A stretch of DNA of 20,000 bases, from assembly GCF_000181795.1 (NCBI RefSeq), contig NW_003526946.1:787236-807235 (forward strand), read 5' to 3'. This DNA comes from Trichinella spiralis (taxonomy: Eukaryota). The notes beneath the pieces are model-generated. The model was not told the DNA's origin and ran no database searches. It saw only the letters and a list, made by a program, of their open reading frames with translations. This document shows positions 1 through 10,494 of this stretch, piece after piece (within the stretch, counting starts at the first letter, position 1; each line of letters opens with the position of its first letter). A program made the position numbers and the translations under genes.

Positions 1-1669
1 CACACACACGTACGCGCACGCCAACGCCCACATTTTACAATTGTCACGAGAATCACGAGAAAGTCAAGAGACCGGACTTGAATTGCAGAACAAGAATGAA
101 AACTAAAAATCCAAATCAACGGCACCAAAAACATAACCAAGGGAAATGGTCGGATGCAATTTTAACAGAACAAAACGGACGACACAACTCTGCAGAAATA
201 TGATGGTGTAGCAATGCTTGCGTCTCTCACTGCTAGCAGGCCAAATTTGAACGTGCCACAAACAAATGGATAATCAATACGAACGGATGGACCGACTGAT
301 GGAAAATTAAACAATTCAGCTTCCCGCTACCAATGAAAAACTAAACCAATGCTAGCTGACCAAAGCAGACGACACAAAATGTCCCAGCCTTCATACAAAA
401 TGAACAATCATTTCAACCAAAGTATGAGGAGCGATCGATTTTTTTTTTTGCCTTTTCAGAAAAAAATTCCACAAACAAAAATTCATTCTTGAATTTCTTT
501 TCAAAATTCACCCCTCTTCAAATCACTGAAAACAAAATCCAAAATAAATTAAATAAATAAATAAATGATTCTCAGGTAGTAAACAAATTCCGTCAGACAA
601 AAGTAAACAGTGTCAATTTGTGCAACTCTCTAATTGCTTGAGAATCAATTCAACCGTCAAGTTCTAGTCTGTGTGTGGAAAAACAACAAATTGGAAAAAT
701 ATTTCATCCGCACGATGTACCACCAATCATCCCATCCATCCATCCTTTTCAAATGCAAAAACTAAACAATAATAATACCTACGGAATCTAATTGTTGCCC
801 AATGATTTCATTTCATCTGTTTAACTGTTTATTTTTGTTCACATCAAATTTATTATTTCATAAATATATCGGACCTGTCAACATATAAACTAAACAACAA
901 GGAGGAAATTTTTAATTTTTTTTCGAATGCTATTCGTACTTGGTAACCAAAGAGTATATAAATAAATCTCACTTGTGAATTTAAACATGCTCTGCACAGA
1001 AGGAAAATATTGCTGAGAAAAGAAGTGACAAAAGTTCAACAACAAAAAAATGACAAATACAGTATGTCAAGCAGTTACAGTCATTTGTTCCGGTCAAAAA
1101 GATCAGTGCAGGTGTAAATACTTGACCACAAATCAACGCATTTGAAACAACTGGCGATCACGAAAACAAACAAACAAAAACGGATTCAAAAATCTTTCCA
1201 AACTTACCATTTGTCATCCGGTTCATCAGCTGTGTGTTGTTTAGTATTTCATGCATACAAAAAAAATACCTGAAAATCACAAACTGTCGATAAATAGAAA
1301 AACAAATCAAGTGACAAACCGTTGAATTTGATTTTCCTGAACAAATATGGCACTGCTGAACAGGAAAAAAAAGGGCCAATGCTTCCTCTTTCAAACTGCA
1401 ATAATATAAAAGGAACAAAATGAACGCTGCTTGAAACAAACGTGCTGTTTCTCTTTTAACCAATAATTCTACCTGTTGCTGTAACGACAGTCAAAAAAGC
1501 TACAATAAAATTAATAAGTTATGTTTTCTTCTTATCATCCATTTCACAGATATGGATATTCGATGAGGATTCAACCTGCGACTTGTTACATCAATGCAAA
1601 TTCTTCATTTTTTGAGATGAATAAATTTTTATTTACTCAAATTGTTAACTTGTATAAAACGTTTTGCAA

Positions 1670-2929
1670 CTAGAATTTGCGAGAAAGACGTCGGTGCTTT
1701 CTTGAAAGCGCATGAGCATTCCACTGATTTTTAGCAATATACCGATTGCAGGTTTCGCAACGTACGTAGAGAAGTTTGTCGTCGTGGGCTTTCCAATCCA
1801 ACGATTTCTGATTCAACGGTTCCATGACCGGTGGAACCGTGGCAGGGCATAAAAACCAGTCGACCAGTGTCAGTGCTTGTGCAATGCAGTGACGAAATGA
1901 GTGCGGCGTGTCGACATGCATATCCAAAGCGTATACAGGCAACGCGACGGAACCGGGCCGTCGGACGATACGATTTTCAATCCATTTCACCTGCTTTTTC
2001 GCGTACCTGCAAGTAGCCAAGTGCAGTTGTTCCAAGCAACGTTGAAATATCTCCAGACCATGAGTAGAATGGCGCGCCTCTGGCTCCAAACGGAGAAATG
2101 GCAAAAATTCCTTGAATCCTAAACACTGAAAAGCACCTTTGGCTTGGTTGTCGTTGGGTATGCTGTTCTGTTTGGCGACGTACTGGTCGTAAAAGGTGTC
2201 GTAAAATTCGACCAGCTCGTCTTTGAGTCCACGTTCCAGCATCCGTTCTAATCGAGCTTCCAAACGCTTGTGCAACAGTTGGCGGTCGATCCGAAGCCAC
2301 AGAATCAGACAGTTCTGAAAAAGTAGCTTTTGCTCAACATCGCAGAGGCGCTGCTGTTCCACCAGCTCGCTTTGCCGACGTCCAGTGGCGTGCCACACTT
2401 GCAAACTCCTCAACAATCGACGTCGATTGTTGGGATGCAAACGACAGGCCATGTCCGGATCGACTTTACGCAGCTCGTCGAGTAGCCGCTCGCCGTCCAT
2501 TGTAAGCAAATCAGCTGGCAGATCTTGGTAATAACAGTTTCCAGTGTGTGATGGTTGCTTTTCACTCAACAGTGTGTTCCAAATCAACGACTCAATGTAA
2601 TAATTGGTACCGCCAACCAACACCGGTAGACGACCCCGGCTCTGCACAGCGGCAATCGTTTGCAGAGCTTGCTGACGAAAATGCTGCACCGTGTAGCCGA
2701 ATGTCAGAGGATGCAAACTGCTCACAAGATGCTCGTCCACATTGCGGCGCTCTTCAACGGTGCTCTTGTTAGTTGCAATTGCCAAGCCACTGTACATCTG
2801 CATGGCGTCGGCGCTGATCATCTCACCGCCAGCGTGCAAGCACACTTCCACGGCTAGTTCAGTCTTGCCCGTGCCGGTGGCACCCAAAATTACCACGATA
2901 GGCTTTTTCCAGTCGACACCGCAGCGCAT
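1670..2929 (-). CDS. TRIT1: tRNA dimethylallyltransferase (tRNA isopentenyltransferase, IPPT/MiaA family, eukaryotic TRIT1/MOD5/GRO-1 type), intronless, ~419 aa
   Basis: ORF shows the P-loop (ILGATGTGKT), ISADAMQMYSGLAIATNK, VGGTNYYIESL, LHPNNRRRLLRSLQV, QCLGFKEF and TCRYAKKQVKWI motifs. It ends in the C-terminal zinc finger typical of eukaryotic enzymes (CETCNRYIAKNQWNAHALSRKH). First ATG is at 2929 (MRCGVDWKKPIVV), 5 nt after a splice-acceptor-like TACAG. The ORF-track start at 2977 is not an ATG. AATAAA on the minus strand at 1628-1633. Confidence 0.95.
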   Translation of the reverse strand: MRCGVDWKKPIVVILGATGTGKTELAVEVCLHAGGEMISADAMQMYSGLAIATNKSTVEERRNVDEHLVSSLHPLTFGYTVQHFRQQALQTIAAVQSRGRLPVLVGGTNYYIESLIWNTLLSEKQPSHTGNCYYQDLPADLLTMDGERLLDELRKVDPDMACRLHPNNRRRLLRSLQVWHATGRRQSELVEQQRLCDVEQKLLFQNCLILWLRIDRQLLHKRLEARLERMLERGLKDELVEFYDTFYDQYVAKQNSIPNDNQAKGAFQCLGFKEFLPFLRLEPEARHSTHGLEIFQRCLEQLHLATCRYAKKQVKWIENRIVRRPGSVALPVYALDMHVDTPHSFRHCIAQALTLVDWFLCPATVPPVMEPLNQKSLDWKAHDDKLLYVRCETCNRYIAKNQWNAHALSRKHRRLSRKF

Positions 2930-4149
2930 GTTTCCTGTATAACAACTTATCACTTCATAATTTCTTATCAACCACAAACATCTTTCAAACAGTATAAAAT
3001 GAAATAAAACAGTCGCCTAAATAATTATTAATTATTCAACCCAAAAGAATCATACAAATTTCACGTGCAATCCAGGTAACAGAAGTCGCAAAATTAAGAG
3101 TATATTAAATTCAACTAAAGTACAGAAACAAATTCAAACTCGAACTTGCATTCCAATACTAATTTGCCAATATTACTGTAAGCTTAGTATGATTAAATGT
3201 CCATTTTTCTCTTCAGAAGGAAAGAAATAATGAAACAGTATTATGTCTCAAATAATGTATGAAAAACTGTTTTAATTGCACTAACTCATTTCATTAAATT
3301 CGAAAAGTAAAAAAAAATTCAAACAAAAAAGATCAAATCCAAAATCACAATTATTTCAGCCAGAAAATGCTGCCTTCAAAAGTATACATTTACAAGACTA
3401 TCAACTATTTTGAGAAACTTTACTAAAAACACTAATTATTATTATTATTATTTAAAAATTTATTAGTAATGCACAATCGGAAATGAAGTTCACGAACAGC
3501 ATTGACTTTTGATGTAACTTTTCATACATGCAAAAGCAGTTGTTGAAAACAAAATTTCATTGCATTTCAAAGAATGCAAAGAAAAACATTAATTCAAAAA
3601 TGCAACTATTAACTCAAGAAGACAAACGTGAACAAAAAAATTTTTTCAATCCATTCACCAAATTATTAGACCAATTCAAACCTTTCTTCCATAACAAAAC
3701 ATATGAAAGTGAAAGGAATTGCAATGCTTAAGAATGTGAAAAATAGTTCCAAAAAAAATAAAAAATTCGTAATCAGATAAAAGATTTTGTCAAAAGTAGT
3801 GTTTTATAAAACTGTTCCTCCACAATACAATTATAAATCTGTTATTCAACAGTAGGATAAAGTTGCATAAGAAAAAAAAAAGAAAAAAACCTTTAATGCA
3901 CTATATAAAACTTTCTAAAAACACTCACTCTAATAATTTTGTTCTATAACTTTAATGTATACTTCATCCCTGTGTTCAATAAAGAAATAAATGACAGTAT
4001 CTGCCAATATTCAGGTCATGTAGAATACTGTATTTCTTTTACAAAAGTTACAAATCTCACAAACAAGTAACTTAAAAAAGTGGTACTCTATTTTTCTCGA
4101 GAACATTATACATTCGTAATTTAAGAACAACTCAATAACAACGAAACAG

Positions 4150-5508
4150 TTACACTTCTTCATCACTTTCATCAGTATTTCTGGTGATCCTAAATTACGC
4201 ACCATTATCATAAATATCACAAGTGCAAATATGCAACTTACCCCTGTGGAAAGAATTTGTTCACATACTCAGCACACTGTTTTATACGCAGTTGAATTGA
4301 TGCATGATACGACGGAGGAACAGGCTCTCTGGAGACAACCATATCACAGCATTCTTAGTAACATTAATTTCTTTATAAATCGAGCATTTTATTTTTAAAA
4401 AACAGATTTTCATACCTTTTACTTTTAAAATCAGTGCATTTATTTGTTTTAATTCGCAACTGCGCATCGCGTTTCTAATATATCTTAAAAAGAATGACAA
4501 TCTGTTTATATAAATTAATGAATTTCCGCTACTAACTGTTCTACTGCTACTTCAGCCATATTTTGTTTAGCACTGGCAAGCAATGCGGCTAAAGCTATCT
4601 GCAACAGTTAATAACTAAAAAAACAAGCTATCATCAAGTGAAACTTTTTTATCACTTGGCTAGGTGAATATAGAAATGAAACATCAGTGAATAATGAATT
4701 CCACAGAAAATCATATGCGCCTTGACGAAGTAATTCTACTTTTTCAAATTCTGGATATAATGTCTTAAATAAATATTCATAGTTTAAAAACAGGAAAAAA
4801 TTATTTATTCACAAATAAATATACCTTCATAGATATGAAATGCCCTTCAAGCGGTCGAAATGGATGGTAAACGTATAAATGACATTTGATTCTCGTCAAA
4901 ACTTCCATTTCTAAAGACAATATTACTTCAGCGTTTTCTGCTTGAGTCCCTGATTTCAATTTCTGGGTAAACGTTTCAATTGTAACGTAAAAATCATCCA
5001 GTTTACATGCAAGATAAATAATAGCCATCCTTAAAAACACATCGCGCTAAATTGTGTCGTAAGTCAATTCAGAAAAAAAACATACATTACATTTTTGGCG
5101 ACAACAAATTCAGACACAGAAGTTTGCAAATAAAATCGTTTAAAAAGGCAAAATGCTGTGCACTAGAACAAAATTTTTTATAAAACTATTTTCAAAACAG
5201 TACATCGCACTTACTATAGTACTCCATGGCAAAGGCGGAGAAAAATTCTGACAAAACTTCAGTGCGTTTTCCTCAACAACAGAACAAACAAGCCTTTCTT
5301 CTTCTTCAGTCAAAAGTATAGATGAATCAAATTCTACCTTAAAATTAAAATTTATTGGGCAATAAATTTAATTTCGTCCAGTACAACTCACTCCAGCTCT
5401 TTCCCGCATTTTCTCACGGAACCGTTGCCTAGACTGATGCCTAATGTTTGTCAAAGTTTGCATTGAATCAAACATCCAGTATTTTTTCTGAGAACTATTA
5501 GAAAACAT
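4150..5508 (-). CDS. CCNH: Cyclin H (CDK7/CAK regulatory subunit), 9 exons, ~303 aa. Exons: 5508-5392, 5337-5215, 5162-5086, 5029-4825, 4763-4656, 4598-4537, 4483-4416, 4353-4242, 4189-4150
   Basis: Manual splicing with GT-AG introns of 52-62 nt gives a continuous 912-nt frame: MFSNSSQKKYWMF...LLTEEEE...KFCQNFSPPLP...TAFCLFKRFYLQTSV...AIIYLACKLDDF...LEMEVLTRIKCHLYVYHPFRPLEG...FTDVSFLYSPSQIALAA...ITRNTDESDEEV*. These are cyclin H signatures. Boundaries of exons 7-9 are less certain than those of exons 1-6. Confidence 0.92.
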
Positions 5509-6269
5509 TCTCTGACAGAGTCATTCACCTAAAATTACAAACTTTACATTGTGTAAATGATAATATAAGAAAGAATGCATTTATATGAAACATCGAAAGA
5601 AATAAAAAAGAAAATAAATAAATATGTATATACCTTACAAAATCATTATTTGAATTACCTACCAATGTAGCCTAAATCTTAAAAATTGAATGGAGAAATG
5701 TTATCAAAACACAAAAATATGACGCATGTACAGTATATAAAAATTAGGTGCAAAACACATCGATGAAGTAAAATAGAACATAAGAAAACAAATTTTTATA
5801 GACAATAATACATCACGTAAAGAAAATGGGCGTAAAAATATATTTTTACAGTTTCAATTATAAATGTGTTGCTTTTTCATTTTTATAGAAAATGTTAAAT
5901 TATACAATTTAATATTAAGATAAAAAATGAGCACAGCAAATCAAACTTTCTCAGTTAATTTTTTTGTCTCAGATATGTCCAGTTAACTGAATATTCTTCG
6001 ATACTGCATGTAATAATGCCACACTATACATGCACAGTGCACAAGAATTTGTGTTCATGCAGACCAAGAAGAAAAAATTTACCAGATCTACAAAAATTAT
6101 TTTGTTTATCATTAAGTAGAAATGCACTTGGAAAAACAAAAGACATTTTCAAGAACGTTAAAACTGATGGGTGCAGTGAAAAAATGTATTTAAAAAATAA
6201 ACTTTAATTGTGATGACAAGAGGAGCTGAACAATCGCTCAATTATCATTTTGAGATCAAGCAATACATA

Positions 6270-6866
6270 TGTTGAGAAATCTTTTCTCGATACTTGCCCA
6301 TCACTATCTAAAAATACCCGTGGCAACAAAACAGTGATCCTGGTACGAAAACAACAGTTGCGCAACGCCAGTTGCACCCCTTGTTTTTCTCAATGGAAAA
6401 CAATGGAATAGCAATTAAGCGGTGAAAAGGTCAGCGTCCTGTCATATATCTGCCACAACTCCGGTGGCCAGTTGCTGAAAAAGCGTCAAAGTGAAATGTG
6501 GCTGACAGCGCGCCTGTTCAGACTTCGGCTAAGCTGCACAGTCTAAGGGACTGCGCAACCAAGCCGATTTCCTAATTACTTTTCGACAATCTAGGTCACC
6601 AGACGCGGAGTGAGGTCAAGAAAAAGATATAAATACAAGTGCGGAGGGAGGAGGGAACATTAACACCAACATTAACACAATCACACGGTACACACCGTCT
6701 CGAACACCGCCTGAACCGTTTCTCTTGCTATCTCATTGTATTACTCACTGCTTTATTCCGAATAAACCGATTCTCAGTCAAACCCGTTGTCACTGATATT
6801 CTATAATTAATACATACAGTCCACTACCAAAAAGATCCTCAAGTTCAAACTAAAGATTTTCCAACA
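6270..6866 (+). mobile_element. Solo LTR of an LTR retrotransposon (BEL/Pao-like or Ty3/gypsy-like), 597 bp
   Basis: Begins TGTTGAGAAATC and ends GATTTTCCAACA (TG...CA termini, 10/12 terminal inverted repeat). Flanked by a perfect 5-bp direct repeat ACATA (6265-6269 and 6867-6871). Internal TATAAA (6628-6633) and AATAAA (6761-6766) lie in LTR order. GC content is higher than in the flanks. Confidence 0.85.
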
Positions 6867-7599
6867 ACATATATATGGTTTGCCTGTCCGATGGTCAGAC
6901 CTGATTAACGGAGTAAGCATTACCCCCGCCGTTAACCCGGAGATTAATTAAGAAAGTCAACGCTGCTCATTCGTCATTTGTTGAAAATTATTCTCATTTG
7001 CAATGAAAGAATTTTGTTTTAATCTTTCCAAACTATTTCCCTCTTCAACAGAGTTCAGTTTTCCTTTCTATGTTTTATTTGAATGAAAAGTAAAAATCTG
7101 GAATTTTATTTACAAATAAATTAACATATTTCTTTATTCATTTTTTGTAAGTTATGTAAAATTTGTTTTTCAATATCGATACTACACCGATTCTAGGGTT
7201 GATTTTTATGAATCAGATTTTTCACATTTTTTCAATCACGATTGAAAATCCTACGATTCGAATGGTATTTTTAAATAATCGGTCCGACTTGACCTAAATT
7301 CCAGCTCCAATAGCGAGCATTAAGCTGTCACTCTACCAACGTTTGTGATTGATTTATCACCACACCTGTCGTTGTTTTTGTGGCAAAAATAAACAATCGA
7401 TATTATTATTATTATTATTATTAATTTTTATTATTATTGAATCGAGAACAATAGTCAATTAGTTAGTTGGGGTTTTCGTTCGTGGGGGAGAGAAGTCCTT
7501 GAATCAGTTCGCTCGTATTTACCTGTTGTTTGATTGTATATTCAATAAAATATACTTACAATTATCAGATACAAAAGCGAGATTTGTAAAATTCAGTAA

Positions 7600-7752
7600 T
7601 CGGTTTTACTTTAGATATTGAAGAGAAATTTAATACAATTTACACAAAATGTATAATTACAAATTTTTACTTTAAACAAAATTCCAGATTTTATTTTTTA
7701 TTTAAATGAAACATAAGAAGAAAAACAATAACTCTTGTGAACAGGAGCGAAA
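7600..7752 (+). repeat. ~153-bp repeat unit X; direct copy at 9354-9508, inverted copy at 10784-10938
   Basis: TCGGTTTTACTTTAGATATTGAA...CTTGTGAACAGGAGCGAAA occurs three times. This copy differs at several positions from the other two, which match each other. Confidence 0.9.
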
Positions 7753-7753
7753 A

Positions 7754-9800
7754 ACGATGAAAAAATAAAAAAACAAAGCAATACAATGCAGATACAATGC
7801 AATGCAGTACAAATAAAATACAATCCACCACTTGAATGGTCGCATTAACCTTTATCTTACTGAAATTTTATCCGTTAAATTTATATTGTATTTACATGAA
7901 GTAACAGAAATTGTAAAGAAATTAAGTAAACAATGTTTAAAGCATAAATTTAAGGTTTTTCTCATAATTTAATGATGAGTAGAACTGAATTTCCAAAAGG
8001 GAACTTCGCCTGCTTTTTCACATTTAAATGAATGATTGTCGCACTAGAAAGTTCCATTTGCTAAATATTCCTTTTCTATCAATGGTAAGTTTTCTAATTC
8101 GAGGTTTCACTGTTTTTCATTTATGTATTCATGGCATGGCATCATGGCTGATAATTTTTCTTAACTTTATGATATTGCATATTTAATTTTTATGGAAAAA
8201 ACAAATTTTTTGATTGATATAAAAAACGGAAGTGCTGTTCATATAGATGCAGCGCAACATTAAATGGTTCGAAACAAATAAGTTGATAAAAAGCAAACTT
8301 TTAAAAAAAACAGTTATTCTCGTCGGTGCCATTTACAGTTTTCTTTCTGTTAGCATCCTCAAAGTGGTTTACTTTTATCACGCCGAATGCATAAATACTG
8401 TTGAGAAGAATCCCAACCCTAACAGTTGCTTTGCTTGTCAGATAAATTACATTTTAGCTAGCAATTATGTGAGATTTATGCATAAGATGCTTTTCCGTTT
8501 GTCAGAAAATATTCTGATGATTAGCTAATGGCGATTGTAATACAATGGAAAAATCAACAAGTGATGAACTGTCCGCAGCTGCAGTTGTCAGCTTAAACTA
8601 GGCGTGGCAACTGCTAACTTGTTAGCATTTAAATACTTTTCAAATTTCAGGCTGACTGTTCTCTGAAAATGTTTCCTGATGGCAATTAAAGATTTCATTT
8701 TCAACTTCAGAAAGTTTTGACTTCTTTCATCAGTGTTATTGTTTAAAGTCGCATATTTTATTTAAATAGAAAATTAAAAATCTGCGATATTATTTAAAAA
8801 TCAAAAAACAAATTAGTTTTACATATTTTGCGTAAATTGTAAACTTTCTATTTTAACATCTGAACGAAACCGATTAGTGCGCTGGTGAATACCAGAAATT
8901 AGAATTTCAGTATTTGTGTTCAGCATGATGCCGTAGAAATGCGCAAGGCATAAATTCAAGCAATAATACTGCTAGTCTGGAATTTTGCAATACTTCAGGC
9001 AGACGTTTTCTCAAATGGATAATTCACTGCTTGATCAAGGCAGCAAACCCTTTGATACTGCCCAGATATTGTTCACTCCAAACAATGGGAATGAAAGTTA
9101 AGGCACCAAATGAGAAATCAATATATGCTTTATGTTTGCCGACGAGGATAATCAGCAATGATCATATTTTGGCAGAAAATATGCAATGCTAGAGGAAGAT
9201 AATGAGAGATGAAAAATAATTTTCTTTTTCTTTCACTTTTGTTTGTTAAAATAATTTCTAAATCCGACAGATCCTTTTTGATGTGGAATGTTCAACATTT
9301 GGTTATCATCGTAATACAACAATTGCAACTTGAATGTTTAATCAACCAAGTTGTCGGTTTTACTTTAGATATTGAAACAGAAATTTAATACAATTTACAC
9401 AAAATATATAATTACAAATTTTTTACTTTAAACAAAATTCCAGATTTTATTTTTTATTTTAATGAAACATAAGAAGAAAAACAATAACTCTTGTGAACAG
9501 GAGCGAAAGATTGGAAGATTAAATTTTTTTGCAAGCCAGAAATATTTTCAAAGAACACTACAGCTGAAATCAGAAAAGTGTTTCGATGCTAAAATTCAGC
9601 AATCACCACTCCCAGTTTTAGCTGAAAACTGCAGCTGTAGACAATTTATCAATTTTAGATTTTCTCTTTGTACTTGAGTAGCCTTCAACTAGCCTTCATC
9701 AGAACAATATCTGGCAAATAGAAAAGAACCTTAGGCATAAATCTGATTTCATTGTTAGCTAAGAAGGTAATTTATATGATAAGTAAAAGCAACTGTTGGC
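7754..9800 (+). repeat. Left arm of a large inverted repeat (near-identical part 7754 to ~9611, diverged extension to ~9800)
   Basis: Reverse complement of 12542 to ~10495. For example, ACGATGAAAAAATAAAAAAAC at 7754 matches TTTTTTCATCGT ending at 12542, and ORF 8247-8528 (+) mirrors ORF 11765-12007 (-). Confidence 0.95.
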
Positions 9801-10494
9801 TGACATTTCTTTTGAACGGTATTTTTAATTTTAAACTCGAATGGATGAATAAAAGTCAAGCGCTTCGAAAGCAGAAAGTGATGAACAGCACCAAGCAGAA
9901 AAGCTGTTAAAGCTGCTTCAAATTCACTTTGCAGTGTACGCGAAAAGAAATGGCTTGCTTGTGATATTACAATCATAATGCTGCTTATCTCAGCACACAT
10001 CCAATATTTATCATTACGATTTATCCGATTCAGTGTGTAGAATTTTCTTTCCTATACTAATTTCTGTTAGTGCCTTTTTGTAATTACAAACTGAATTAAA
10101 TCATTATTTGCCTCCATCATTAAAAGATATCAAAGGAACGATAAGGAAAAGAGCACAAGGAAGTTCACGCTATACACAGCAGTAAGAGAAATTAGCATTT
10201 GCACCATTCCGGTTGATTTGTTTAGCTTAATTAGCTGCGGCAAGCTTCATGCCCAGCAGCATTTTACTTCGTGCTTTACAGTGTACTTCCGCTTACTCCA
10301 GTATTAATAATAACGGAATCTATTTCCGTGTTTATTTTCTGTTCATTGCCGTCCAGTCCAGAAAGCCGTATCCATCAGAATTTCAGCAAACAAAAAATCT
10401 CATATACACGATATCGGATATATGATTCATCAATTTCTTATGATGAGTTATTACAACAGGCAAGCAAATACAATGTACAATGTCCAAATAGAAT

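Noticed and set aside
4282..4500. 72-aa ORF as the terminal exon of cyclin H
   Set aside because: Only 4483-4416 is in the cyclin H frame. A different acceptor (4353) and frame give a better cyclin H-like C-terminus ending at 4150.
7401..7438. (TAT)n microsatellite, also at ~3435-3452
   Set aside because: Ordinary simple repeats in AT-rich DNA; not CRISPR-like and not informative.
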